Source: Balanoglossus misakiensis
Lineage: Eukaryota; Animalia; Hemichordata
Direction: 5' to 3'
DNA length: 64,000 bases
NCBI GenBank assembly: GCA_040954595.2
Contig: CM082597.2
Location: forward strand, 496,001 to 560,000
Shown here in pieces: positions 1 through 14,262 of this stretch (position 1 is its first letter; each line of letters starts with the position of its first letter). Made by a program: the position numbers and the translations under genes. The notes below the pieces were generated by a model, which saw only the letters and a program-made list of their open reading frames with translations, had not been told where the DNA came from and searched no databases.

Positions 1-1710
1 AAACTTGTGAGAACGCGTAAACTGTAATGACACTATGTATAAGCTTACCAAACTTTTGAAATTTGATGATTTTTTTTACCTAAAAATTGATCTTGATATA
101 TAAAGCGTTTCTAGGATTTTCTACATTGGTTTTAATACTAGCGATTAGGATTTACACACAACATTTTTTTATTGAAGAGAATGAAGGTTTGTTGCCCTTA
201 GCGCGTATCCTTCGCTGGTTTCACATTTCGATCAAAAATGAACGAGACAATGCAATATTTTTCAGCTTCAAGTCAACTGGGACAGGCATTGGTTTGAATA
301 ACAATCTATATTTCATTGCTAGTAACAAAATCCCAAATGAGATGATGTATAATCCACGACAAACATGTTATTCCTAGGAAAAAGAAAAAGTTATCGCACA
401 AATGTTGACGATTGCAAGTATACATCGAAGACCAAAGTCACTGACTGGAAGAATCTTCTGAACTTGTATATCGGTTCACATGTGTGAAGCTATCTCAAGT
501 TCTAGGATTTGTCGGCTCCTTCATAAAATGGAAAAAGGATTAGAGACTGTTTGAGTGAAGACTGAACGGATGTGTTGAACGACGCCAAACGGGATCTGCA
601 TCGTCTCAACTGAGAAACAAGTTCCTGTAGCCCCAGGAAACCAGTTTCAATCTACTGAATTGCCCAAACCAATGATGTAAAGTGCTTCTTCCACGCTACT
701 CCTATCTTTAATACCAACCACCGCTCTCTTTAAAAATTCATATTTTTCATCAAGAATTGGTCTCCATGCCAACAGCGTAAGTGGTTCGTTTAGATGATGC
801 GACCCAGGCGACCATTCGTATTTTATGCGATAGCCTTATGGTGAATTATTAGTTACACCCAAGGAGGGGTTGCCAAGAGATACTTGTAACTTGGGGGAGT
901 TTTGCAATAAGTAGAAAATGTTGCAATCCTCTTTCTACTTAGAACCTCTTCTCGCTCAACACCAAAACTTCCCAGCCATGTCGGTAAAAAGCGCTGTCTA
1001 AGGCCGTCTACAGGTCACAGACCGCCGCCTTGGCAAAAGGGCCGACTCGAACCCCATTCGTGAACTTTACAGAGATAGGCCTACCAGTATTTCATAATTT
1101 CATTTTTACAGGTTTGAGTAAAATTGCAGAGTTACAACCATTTGACCTAGCTTGCAAATGAGTCCCTGGCGCCATAGTTATCAGATGTGTAAATCTATAC
1201 AGATACGGTGGAAAATTAAGAAATTCGCATCAAGCAAAGATATTAATAATTTGTTAGATACTTATAATTAAATTTGACATGCTAAGAAAGAGTGATGCTG
1301 TGCGGTTTTCGCTGGTTAGCCGAAAGTTAGAAGTATTCATTGGTAAAACTTTGCATCCTGTGTAAAAAACGAAGTTCAAACTACATATGTATTTTGCACT
1401 TTTCATTTAACAGCTAACTAATAATACGCATGATATTTGATGTCAAGGGTTCGACTTATAGTCAACGATCTCAAAATCACTGATTTAGGATCACTTTCCT
1501 GTCCACCGGTTTCGGGGGAATTATTCTAAATATGTCTGGAGTCTGAAACTGTGGCACCAAATCAGCGCCAATCCAGATATCATATCACGGGGAAAGCCGT
1601 CACGTTGTTTTCCAGTGAATGAATAAACTGAATGAAACAAATCGGGAGATATAATTCAGCGACAATAGGATGAGTACAGTGGCGCCATGGCTGACAATCC
1701 ATGGTGGTGC

Positions 1711-1730
1711 ACAGCGCCCTCTAGCGGCCA
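1711..1730. promoter_or_regulatory. CTCF-like motif
   Basis: ACAGCGCCCTCTAGCGGCCA is the reverse complement of TGGCCGCTAGAGGGCGCTGT, a close match to the CTCF core; similar motifs at 17906-17921, 25783-25800 and 31773-31791. Confidence 0.55.
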
Positions 1731-3631
1731 TGTTGTAAATTCCTAACACTGTGATAAAGTCCACATACGCACCACTTTTGCGTTAATCAATGACACGAAA
1801 ACCCATTTCCAGTTTCTGAAAATTTTACTGCTATATTTTAAAAGTGTTTTAAAATATCTTTTCATACTTGACGCTTTGGAATCCCTAAGTTTGTACTGTA
1901 TATTTGATTTCATACAGTGTTTGCAGTGATTTGAACAGGATAGGTAGAATAAATTTGATCAATGATGCATGAATGCGGTGGAGTTGATAATAACATCTTT
2001 CATTATCTCTCCCCCTTTTCGTCTCTTGATATCTGGTATCAATTGTTTACCTAATCTCCTGGGAGTACCATTTTCTGTTAAGAAATTAGGACTCCTGATA
2101 AGTCACCTAGTGGCGGAGATAAATTGTACATATATGCATTTCGAAAGACGTTATTCACTGAATGGAAGATAGATTTGTTGAAAGCTTTTTAGGTTATCTT
2201 GCAGAGACGGTAGCCAACGAGAAGTAAAATAAATTCCTGATAAAAGAGAAATGAAATATTAGGATTATGGGCATATTAACCTGAATTCAGAGCCAACTTT
2301 TGCATCAGAATAAACCACAAAATTGCAAAATTCCAGGGTAATGGTTTTGTCGCTTAGCTCTCGCATACAAAGTGTATTATTAAGCAGTTTTATTATTTTT
2401 TAAAAATGATGACAGACACGTTTCCAATAATGACTACAGTAGATCATCATATGCAACACAAAAAGAGTTTCTGTCAATGTTACGAAACGTGTTCAAAGCA
2501 TTAAAAACCCAAAAACTAACAATGCATAGAGAATGTTTAATATTGCATCAAAAATATAATGTCACATGTAAAAAAAAATCAAATGACAGGCCTCTGGTCA
2601 TAGATGAATTTTGAAGTGCATAGTATATGAAAAGAATATTTCAGAATAAGTGTAAGAAAAAAGTTAATATGAAATTCTGTCAATGTTTTAAATTGACTAG
2701 AATTTCTATCATTTTTCATTTCATGTTCAACCTCTAGTTTCTATCAATTCCTTGTGTATTAATTATGGTAAAAGTTCATCTAAACTAGTGTTTAACAGAT
2801 CTAACTTGTCAAAGTCTCCTGATAAATAAGTCCTGTATAGGATATACCCTGGTCAAGTGAAAAAGCAATCACACAGTGTCAGATGAAAAAGTCTCTTTCT
2901 TAATCAGTGGGTTTTAAAAAGTTCAGTTCATTATTGAATGTTAGTTGTATTAAATGTAAGGAAAGTGTATAAATATTTACTGCAATCTGAATGTCACTGT
3001 AAACTAAATGTTACACTGTACATATCAGTGAAATGTTGCAATGTGAATTCTGAAAGTTAAACTGTATGTAAATGGTGCTCTGTTCTAAATGATATATTGC
3101 ATATGTGGTGATGTATTATAATTCATGTCAATGTTAAAATTCACTCAACGGTTACAAAAATACAAATTTTGCACGGGTAATAATATCTATACTGTCTTCT
3201 ATAAGTTCTGTACCTGTTGCTATGTGGTCAATTTATCATATCATTACATGTTGCACTGAAGTTCATTCTTAAACTTTTCAATTTATGCATGATTCACTGG
3301 CTTAATAACATCACAAGGAATAAGACAGAATTTTCTTTCCAACAACACGATTTGAAGTAAATTTCTTTCTGGACAGTTTAGTACTGTTGAAATGGTATAA
3401 TTTACAAATGATTCCAGTCAGATCACAGGCCATTCTGCCAAATTACTAAATTACTGAAAACTTGGCAAGTTACTTCTGCATCATAAATTCCATATGTTGT
3501 ATATGTCATATTCTTTTGTCACTCGAATTGACTTGCATAGTATTTTAGATGTTATTTCAGTTTCTCACCCCATACTGGGAAACTTCAGCCCCAAATCTAC
3601 AAGACTTAATTGATTCTCATGATTAGAGCAC

Positions 3632-6600
3632 TCAATCAATTTCATCTTCGACAAGATAGTTCGGATCATTTGCCATTGGGTTGGCAGTACTCTTTTTCTT
3701 CTTTTTCTCTGGAGATTTTTTCGACTTTTTACTGCGTCCTGGTTTGTATGCATTCCAAATTCTGATGGTTTTGTCCCAGGATCCTGTCAAGTACTGTTTA
3801 AATAAAATAAAATAAAATAAAATAAAATAAAATAAAATAAAATAAAATAAAATAAAATAAAATAAAATAAAATAAAATATACTCTAGTGTGAATAAACAT
3901 ATACATGTATGCTTTGAGTGTCAAAAGATTCTGACACCTTTATCATAAATTGTTTTATATTGTAGAAAATAATAAAATTGGAATAATTTTACCTGGCTTC
4001 TGTCTGGTATGTGTATTATGCATCTGATTGCATCTGTGTGTCCTATGTTGGTTTGTACGAGTTTGTACGTTTCTGGATCATACACCCTGAAATGTAGAGA
4101 GATAGCATAAGTTTAGTGCACATGAAATATGGAAGGAAGCGAAGGCAGTCCACTATTTGAATGCGTAGAATGCAAAATTTGCAGAATATTCGGATTGGAC
4201 GTAATGTTTGTACACATGAAATTACACAAATGCGCATAAGACGATCGTCAGCTTCTTAATAGACGTGGACTTACTTGAGACTTGTACCAACTCCAGCAAT
4301 AACACTACCATTCAGCTGATCAATACACAATGCTGTTACTGGACCGTGTGTTGCTAATACTTGTTCACAATTCATTCCATCTTCACTCTGAATCACAAAA
4401 CACAAGTATGTTAAGTGTTTTTTCACATAAGATTACAATTTCTTTAATGATGTCTTCCAATAATGCAACAACAGATGTCACAATAAAGGAAGTTGTAAAA
4501 AAAGCTCCCATCAATTCTGTAATGGCTACAACAATTAAAACACAGCCACTAAAGTTAAAAGTAACAACAGTAATGGACTAATCAAAATAAACTTTTAAAG
4601 ACTTGCCATTTCTGTTCAAACTAATTCAAACACCAAAGCCAAATCAATAAATGACCATGGAAAGTTTCTTGACACTGAATCACAGAAACCGTTCACACTA
4701 GAATTTCATTATTCCATTTATCCATCTAACTTACCAATCCTTTGTTAATTCACTTACCCATATTCTTATTGTTCCATCTTCAGACCCAGTCACCCAGATG
4801 TCTTTCAAACTATTCCACCTGACTTGTGTGATTTCACCTTCGTGTCCCTGTAATGTGTTGCATAGTGTCATCTTGCGACCATTCTCACTGAATTTACGGA
4901 TGTACACCATTTTGTCACTGGAGGCATACGCAAACTCGTTCCTGGAGAAAGATTCACAGTGTGAGTTAATTCATTTCAATTAGTAATCAAACCTGTGTTA
5001 GTGTCCACCTCTATATAGTGGCCAGCTGTCTATAGTGGCCACTAAAATGGATCAGTTCCAAGATGCACAGCACATCTGATCCATATCTGAATGTTCAGAT
5101 ATCTCACCTTTTCCTTGAATAATCCATATCTATAATTATCCCATCACAGGCTAATTCCAGGAAATCAAGAGATCCAGGATTTGTATTCCTGAAACAGTCA
5201 TGTAACCTGGAAGAATAATGCAAAAATAATCATGTTTACAAGATTAGTAAAGCTTTATTCACACAATTTATAAAGGCTTTATATCTGTTGTATTATATAT
5301 TGGCAGATTTGAGGTGATGATGAATTTAAGGCGAAGACAACTTACGTTCCCTTTTCAAGATCCCAGATACATATCCTACGATCCCAGCCTCCAGATATCT
5401 AAACATTTGTAAAACATACAAGAAGTTGGAATTATTTCACACAAGTTATTTCACAATGCTGTGGGACAAATCTCTACTGTAATGACCATAAGAAAGGACC
5501 ATGCTTGAGTCATCATATGAAAAAAGCGTTTTAACTATCACATTATTAACCAACATCTAGCCATAAACAGTACAAGATCACGGCATGTCACAATATCTAT
5601 GCAACAATAACATGCAATAATCATGGATATAGGACAACACCTAGTAATGTATAGACTGTGGGTAAACAGTGATGTAATGGACACGATTATCATGCTATAC
5701 TGGCCTTGAGATAAACCCATGCGACACATGTATAATGGAAATGAGACAAATTCATGCAATAATGTCTATATAAGGCAACCCCATGCTAGATACACAATAA
5801 ACATCTATTTACCGCAATGATTACATACACATTTCTACAATTATGGTAAGCTGAAACCATATATTAAGATAATCAAAACTTATTGTTAGTTATATGTCTT
5901 GTTTGGATGAACCATTAATAACAAGAGTCAATACTTCTGCAATCACAGTAAGTCTTCGACCAGAATACGTAATGGTTTTGAAAAAGACCAATGGACTGAA
6001 AATTATGGCCACCTCTATATAGAGGAAACTTGTCTACTGGTCAGTATAGTGACCACTTTATAACAGTAATACTAGTACATGCTGTATATGTAGCCAAACA
6101 GCAACATAATGTTACTTACCATGTAGGTTGTTTTAAAGCCAGCTTCACGAGGTACAATGGCCATAGATGTCACTACACTATGATGTGCCATCAACACATT
6201 CTTGCAGATAAAACCTGCAACTCGATTCGTAACAGAATCATTTTCCTACAAATAAAAAATGTTACAGATCTTTAATGATTTTTCACTGCTGTGGCAACAC
6301 AGGACATAAACACACACACAAACAAACAAACACAGACACAACACAGAACACCTGTCCACCATTAGCACACACTACCCTAAGACAATAAATTCCTCTTACT
6401 TGGACATTGTGTACTGTATTGAGATAATTATTCCTGAGTGTCCTCCTTGGAAGCAGCAAGGAGTCTTGTGGCAACAGAATTCCGTATTTTTTGATGAGAT
6501 CTTCGTGACCTTCCGGTTTCATGTGTTGAAGTGCATTCACAGCATCATCGTCGAATCCCCACATGTCTATAGATGCAAATAGAACGAATAGACTTCATGA

Positions 6601-9600
6601 CCAATATTATCCTATCATATTATATAAACACCAATTCCTCGCCCGTCAGTTTAAAACAAAGCCAAATATGGAATACAAGCTTAGTTCATTCCATAAAAGA
6701 ATAAAAGTTTGAAAACTTACAGACGTTTGAATCTTCTGATGCTGTAAGAAGCAGATCTAGACTTTCGATAAAAATTGACTTGAGATGGGCAACGTTGGCA
6801 TGACGATGTAAATTAGGCTGAAAAGGGAAAATAGGATGAAATGTATTGAAATTACGATGTATATTTATTATAGAGTATATTGACGATTTGAATCATCCAA
6901 TCAGAATGTTCTAACAGACTTACAGGCGGTATGATTGGCTTATTGAATGCGTAATGACTGATAACTGGAGCATGATGAGATCTGATTGGTGCAGTTTTGG
7001 GTCGTTGTTGTCCATCAGATTCTTTCTTGATGTTCTTGATTTGAATCATTTTACCCTTGGCTTCTGACAGTGGAAATGTTTCTTTGCTAAAAAATAAAAA
7101 TAAACACAATGGTAGTGTCAGCCCACACACTTTCACCCCAGTTCCAACCTTACCATAGAAAACAGTGGGATTGGACTAAACCATGGTTAGACATCTGGCA
7201 ATGTTTGATTGATGATATTCTTACCTGTACATGAAATGATTGGATTGTAATCGTTCCCATTTGTGAACATTGCCATCACTTCCACCATTAAATATGAGAA
7301 TAGGTGCTTTGCATGCTGTGAAATAAAAAAAATATTGTCTGAACATTCACGTCAAACTCAAAGTAATGACACTATTTTCAACATACATCATTTTTTGATC
7401 TCTACGACTCACTCACTCTATTTTACTCAGTTGTTTAGTTCTCTCTCCATCTATAAATGTTTATCACCTAATTCTATACTTTCCCTTACCTCTACTGAAA
7501 TCTATCCTGGTAACTTCACAAGTCTGATACACTGTATCTACTTCTACACTCATCTCTCTTCATCTAAGAATATTCATCCAGAATTCTTCTTTTCCTAAAC
7601 TCAAATCTAACTTGACATCGTTTCTAAGTAACTCATTCAAAAGATGCACCTTCCAGTTGATTGACGGAATATTGATTCCTAACTTTGAATCAATACACTG
7701 TTTAGCGGACTTTACACCTGTGATTGTTTAAATGTTTAATCTCTCACTGTAACATTTATTGATTATACCATTAACCAGCTTATAATTTCACAGTAGTAAC
7801 TTAAATGGACAATGGTCTCCGCTTTAGATGGTATTTCTAACAGTGTTGTTTATCGACTACAATGTATTGACCCACTCTTGAAAGTGCCATGTTAGAATGC
7901 CTAGTGTTTGACTTGTCAACAAACTACACAGCGCCAACCACCAAATGAATTATGCACAACCTTCCATACTTACTGTACGTTAGACTTTCCACATTATGTT
8001 TACATTGCAAAGCAGTGATACATCCAGATGGATTGTATTTCCAGAGAATTACATGCCTTCTACTCGTACTCCCTATAATACAAACATAATGAAAACAGAT
8101 AAATAAGATAAATCTTAAATCAGTGTCTGACTGTCCGTCTGTCTGTCTATCTATCTATGTATCTATGTATAACAGTATATGGTTGAAATTAAATTTTTGA
8201 TTTATACTTCACTCACCAATAACTTGATTCATTTCTGGGAAGTATTTTAACAACTGTAAATGATATTTCTCTGTTTCTTCTCCTTGAAAAGTACCGATGA
8301 AATCTGACACCTAGTTTGGAATATCAGGGTGAAAACAGAATCAGACAGTTACACAGAAAGTACCAGACAGTGATAACATTGAAATATTTTGGACCATATG
8401 ACGTCGAAACAGCTAGGTCAAATCATAAGACAGTCATGTAACAAGCATCATGTGACAATCATGTGACAAGTCAACATTTCTTACATTTTCACCAGATTTT
8501 GGATCATACATGCTGGCTACAGATGATCCACTGGCAATCCACACAGTTTTATTCCTTGGTACGTAACAAAGTCCGGTTATTGTTGCTAGGAAACCATCAA
8601 GTCTGTGCGTCAGCTGACCATCTTGTGACCAAATCTTGACCACTTTATCGAAGGAACCCGTCAGAAGTCTGAAATGAAGGAGATGAAGATGTTGATCACT
8701 TGAAGTCATAACTAGAATGGGTTAAAAACTGATATCAATTTTTAGACATGTGCAATTTTGACTGTCATGTTACACACAGTATGAGGTGTGCTCATCACAC
8801 ATTTTGAGCTCCAAGATCAAATAAGAAATATTCTTTTACCTTGTATTATTTTCTGTATCTTTGACGAGTATGAGACTGGTTATGCCGGCATCATGGGCTT
8901 TGTTATTGCTACATTTCAAAACAAACAAACAATCAAACAAATAAACATAACTAAGAAAATGATACAATTGTTATGAACAATGTGAGAAAAGTCTACATGC
9001 ATAAAAATTATGAAATATAATATTTTTAGAATCTTACCAGAATATTTTAGTGAGTCCACGATATCCAGGGTAAGACGATGAATCAAAACACATTAATTTA
9101 CCATCATATCTAAAAGAAACGAAATATGAATGAAGGTTGACATATGCAATTGTATATGTACTGCCTAAATATTGTTTTTTATTGACTAGATCTATCAAGA
9201 TGATGAAATAGGCAATGGTCATATCAACTTACCCTGCTGTGTAAATTCTGGACTCATTGCATAAAACACAACGAATAATATCATGGTGGTCCAGGCTCTC
9301 TGTGACAGACTTTAGGTTTATTATGTGACCATGGTCTTTATCTGAAAGGAAAGATTATCTGAAGTTAGGTCCAAGTTCAAATCCTGTAAAATATGTGCTG
9401 ATTAATTATAAGATAGGTCTCAGTTTATATGCAATAAAATACAAGTGATTTTATTAATCTTTCAAGTGTCAATATCAATAAAAAGTCATCAACCTTGCTT
9501 TATAGTGAACAACCATTCTGCCAAAAATTCAATGTTATTGACCACTTACTTTCATCTAAATCAAAGGCCTTTAACACTCCATTGAAACCACACACAAGTT

Positions 9601-10871
9601 GATGCCGTTTAAAATTCATTGCCATACAGTAGATCGGTGAACCAAGCTGTTAAAAACAAAAGAACAAACACTGATTTTATAATCATGAAATAAGCTGACA
9701 GAAAAAAGTCAAGCTTAGTACCATTACCAAGTAATGATTAATGTAATGTGACACAGCCAAATTATTATTTTGATTGAGTGTTGGGTCTATAAATGGTTGA
9801 ACCAGCCAGGGACTGGGTGTTGGGCCTAAGTTGAAGACTTGCTTACCTCAATTTTATCATGTACTCCTCCTCCCGATGCCCAGGCTATCAGAGATCCATC
9901 ATTTGAGGATGAAAATAATAATTTAGGATCACTCCTGTAATTCACAATATACAAGGTGAGACTAAGTAAATAATAGTCTTAAGAATTACATAACAGAAAC
10001 ATGCTATCTTGTAAACTTTTACATTTATTTAGGTCAGGACATCATGTTTGAATAAGAAACCCTTTCCTGCAAATAATTGTTAGTCCATCAATTGCAAGCA
10101 TATGCTTTGTATAAAGTTGGTTTTGAATTTTAAATTGTAGTCATAATGATATACACTGTAATGTGTTTTAACTGAAGACATATCTTCACTTAAAACCCAT
10201 TACAGTGTATATCATTGCAAACAGCAAACCCACCAGCAACTTACCAGTATAAAAAATCTGTGACCCATCCTTGATGTTCATGTGATGACATTACAGGTAG
10301 ACCACTCTCAGCTTCAAATGTCTTGATAAAACCATCTGAAGATATCAACATTTATTTTTATTTTGATGAAATTTGACAGAACACAGTTATCTTGTAGGTA
10401 ATTATTGTTTTTATTGTATTGTGTAACTTTATATATCTCTCATTCTTTTATTTGAGTTTATTGCATACGTTTTACTCTTCTAATGCAAACCAATAGTGGT
10501 TTCTTAAATTGTTTTATAAGTGTTCATTTCGTTCAGTCTGATAGTGTGAGTATTGCCACCCCCTCCCCAAGATAACCAATGCCAGATGTTTAGGGCACAG
10601 TCCGTCTGTGGTTTACATATGCTAGACACAAAGTCGACCTTTATCCCTTCTCAAATTTCTCTGTCGCCTTCTGATTCAGAGGCATAGCAGCCAATAACCG
10701 GACACTCTCGCTACACTTATGGGTCGCAGTCCAACATCAAAACATTGAGACTTCGAGTTGTCACTAACCTTCACAACCAGCCAGGATTTCTCGACGCAGC
10801 GGATGAAAGCCTAAAGCAGTAATTCCTCGTGAATGTGTGTCCTTCACGACATACTGCTTTTCCATCGCCAT
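3632..10871 (-). CDS. Uncharacterised multi-exon WD40-repeat protein (~21 exons, probably two beta-propellers)
   Basis: Stitched GT-AG exons from ATG 10871 (MAMEKQYVVKDTHSRGITALGFHPLRREILAGCEDGFIKTFE...) to TGA 3632 (...YLTGSWDKTIRIWNAYKPGRSKKSKK...EDEID*). Many WD motifs: LLTGSFDKVVKIW, ISGGWDRRICIWD, LQGHEGEITQVRW...WVTGSEDGTIRIW, GHTDAIRCI. Internal exon edges approximate. Confidence 0.9.
3800..3877. repeat. (AAATA)n pentanucleotide microsatellite
   Basis: Perfect tandem AAATA run of about 15 units in the last intron of the WD40 gene. Confidence 0.98.
4987..5048. repeat. Degraded interspersed repeat (GTGGCCACCTCTATA family, probable DNA-transposon end)
   Basis: TCAAACCTGTGTTAGTGTCCACCTCTATATAGTGGCCA...; related fragments at ~6006-6062 and ~21990-22020, all intronic. 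Confidence 0.45.
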
Positions 10872-10979
10872 TTTGGCTGATTTTACAGTAGCAACACAGT
10901 AGAAAACAACTTCCTGTTCAACTTACACGCCCCAATCAATTACATGTACGACAACGTCCGCCATTTTAGCAGCGCCGCC

Positions 10980-10993
10980 GTCTCCATGGTGAT
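10980..10993. promoter_or_regulatory. X-box (RFX)-like motif upstream of the WD40 gene
   Basis: GTCTCCATGGTGAT, a near-palindromic 14-mer resembling GTYNCCATRGNAAC, ~110 bp upstream of ATG 10871. Confidence 0.45.
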
Positions 10994-11560
10994 TAGGTAC
11001 GTGGACGAGCTGGTGCATGTGGACGTTGGGGGCGCTCTAACCACCCCAACTGTACCTTTCGTTTTTTTTTTACTGAACACTGGTCTGTTCACTGAACAAT
11101 TCTGTCGCAAATTACTGACATCATTGCAGAGAATACACTCGATGGAGACATATACATGTTTATAGGATATATAAAACTTTATTACTTGTGGCAGTTTTAC
11201 TTTTAACTTGTTTTGACATGGGCAGTACAGCTTCAGAGGCAGTGAAGTCACTTTTCTGGTTCTATAATCATACAGCTACCATTGTGAAAAAATCCCTTAT
11301 TTCTGTAATAGAATAGTGCTTCTAATCATATCCTTCAAAACTTTAAAATCAGCCATATCTGTGTTTTTGACTTAATCACACTGTCAATACTTAAAAATCA
11401 AAACAAATGAATTAACTGTTAAAATTATTTTTCATTACAAAAAAGCTAAAAGTTCTTGTGGTGTTACATTTATACAAATGCAATAATTCAATATTCATTA
11501 CTGATTCTATTTTGATTTCAGTGTTGTTTGGCAATTGCGGATTAATTCTTCCAAAGACGT

Positions 11561-14262
11561 TTACACCACATCACATGACATCAGAACTGACTGAAGTGCT
11601 TTGGCATAAGCTGTAAATAAAAGAGAAAAAAATGTTGTTAACATACGCGTACACACACGCCCAGACACACACATAGACACAAACCTCTGCTTCGCACTAG
11701 CATTCTTTACACATTATGGTATAATGTCAAATTTACAGTTCAACATACACTGCTACTCACCATTGGGGTTTCTGTAGAAGACACAATTATTGGCACAAGT
11801 GTCTGGGTTTGAATCCCATATTGTTGGTCCACAACTGCACAGTGGTGGTAACTGAATCTTCTGTTTCTGGATTTTGTCTTTCATCATGGCACGTAATGCA
11901 TCTATGTACCTGGTGACATTAAAAGTATCATTTATGGCAAAGCTCTGACTGTGTTGAGAATGTTACAGAAATGAGCACATGAACTGATGATGTCATTGCA
12001 TCACTACACATTAACCACCATGTCATTAGAGGTACACACAATTCCACCAACCTGTCAGTTTCTCTCTGTTTCTGTTTCTTCTTTTCATATTTTTCCAGAG
12101 TGCTTTTCCGGAACTCTTCTTCCTGTTTGCTTTTCTTCAAAACTTCCTTCTCAGTTTTCCCGGTGACAGGATCCCTCATTTGCACCGCCATCTCAGCTTT
12201 CATTTCTTCTTTCCTTCTTTCTAACTCCTTCTCTCTCTTCAATCTACAGGAAAGAAGAACAGACATCTTGGAAAATCTAAAACAGCTCTACAGCCAAGAG
12301 GATTCTGAATTCAGTACAACATAATTGTCTGCTGACATCAAGTACTGGATTGATAGCCAGATGAGACATGCAATTAGCAATGTCACAACAGTAGTTGCTG
12401 CTCTGAGTAGATGCATGTATTGATCCGAGACAAACCTTAAAATCTTCTTTCTGTGTTCCCTCTTTTTGATATTTTCTTTGACTTGTTCACGTTCAATGTC
12501 CATAAACATTCTTCTGTACATTGAAAACTGACTCCTTGTCTATTCAAAAGAAACGAGGTTGTTACAGTTAAAATTACTGAACTTTGGAAAATGTATTGCT
12601 GTATCATCTTTAATACACATGTATATTTGTACTTTTGTTTTTTAGAATAAAAAAATTCTCCATCACCTGTCTCCTATTTTCCTCTTCTTGAATTCCAGGT
12701 TTTACGTCTAAAACTACCGTCTCGCGACAAAGTCTTGGCATCCTCTTCCGGTGTTGCCGTGGTAACACCTCATCAGGTTCCTTATCAGAGTCAAAGGTCA
12801 CAACTTTGGGTTGCCCTCTGATCTCTGCTGGCTCCTTCTCTGCTAGTATGTGTCTCATCTCATGAGGGCGTCCTACTGATGGACTGAAAGTGACAACTTT
12901 GGGTGGAGACACTCCAGCCTGCTGGTATACCTCTTCCTGGTTGAGAGGATCAGGTTGCCTAGCAACATTCTCATCTTCATCACTGAGTCCAGGTTCATCA
13001 ATTGGCTGTTGAGGTATCTCTGTATCATTCTCTAAACTACCAGCTTGTATTTCTTCATCGGTGGCCAGTTCTAGTCTTGAGGAAGGATGCTGAAATGTAC
13101 ATCAGTGGTGATGTTAGTTGCCTAGGAACCCAGCTGGGCAAGTTTGAAGATGTCTCTGGCAATTCACATATTTGGAATGGAGGTAAATTTGATCTGTACT
13201 TACATCCCTTGTAGGTGAAACTTTCCACGTTCCTCCAGGAAGATTCTACAAGCATGACAACATAAAAGAAAGGTTCATTAAAAATAGCCAATCAACCATA
13301 GAAACTTCACATCATGAATTCTTAATACCAAAATGAAGTGATAGTAATGAGGTCATGCATGACGTATTACTCAAAACAACAAACACACACCTGATCAATG
13401 ACCATCTTCTTAGATGCCAAGTTTCTTCTCGCTTGTCTGATAGCTCGATGGACTTGATGTGAGTGTTCTTCAAATGCTGTTCCATCATCTGTCTCATCTG
13501 TTTGTTCAGTGGATGTTGTTGCCATGGCAGTGGATTGACGAATCAGATGCTGCTCTTCATCACGGAAGACACAGTTGTTTTTCTTTGGAGTCATCCTCTC
13601 TGCAGCGTGTGAACTCTGTTGTATAATCTTCCTCTCCATTTCAACCTGATAATGACGAACAAAATTTCCAACAGGGTCAGTTCCAGGCCAATCAGGAGAA
13701 CAGAGTTGTTCATGTAAATGTAGAACCACATTGTCTGTCATTAGCATAAATATCAACTCTTTCAGAGAAATGTAGCAGACATAATATTTGCCTTCTCTGA
13801 TTCCAATAACATGTACTTACAGCTCGGAATGAATTTTCTAACTGCTGTTGTTGTTTTATTTGTTGAAGTTTTTTCACTCTCTTTCTGACTTCTCGCTGAA
13901 ACTTTTTCAGCTTGGCTTCTTTCTCTTCCTGTGCTTTTCGTATTCTTTCCTCTTCAACCTGTGCTGCATACTGAGGATAAAGAAAAGGGTCTTGAAAATT
14001 GTAGTTTTTCTAACATGACCAAGCGTGTAAACAAGCCACAACATGAAATCAAACATTGTCACTGATGACCACTCGACAGCTCCTGATTTTTTGGGGGAAA
14101 TCGGATACTCACAACCGCATGATTCGCTTCTCCTGAATACTCCGGTATATGTTCAACCCAAGCACCAACTGGTACAACTTTCATAGTCCTACCGCCCATC
14201 TGAGCTCTGGTTTTCATCTTTTGAGTTGGACACTGATCTTGCCACCGTCTGCGAGTCGCCAT
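11561..14262 (-). CDS. CCDC15: Coiled-coil domain-containing protein 15
   Basis: About 8 exons. N-terminal VVPVGAWVE motif followed by coiled coil (EEERIRKAQEEKEAKLKKFQREVRKRV); C-terminal RYIDALRA...LPPLCSCGPTIWDSNPDTCANNCVFYRNPNAYAKALQS matches the CCDC15 Cys-rich end. ATG 14262, TAA 11561. Confidence 0.9.

Noticed and set aside
540-720. Several in-frame TGA codons on the + strand suggesting a selenoprotein
   Set aside because: No start/splice framework, no SECIS seen, and the frame is the antisense of a more coding-like strand.
10940-11251. Overlapping ORFs on both strands (103 aa and 73 aa)
   Set aside because: Coincide with the WD40 promoter; no recognisable protein features.
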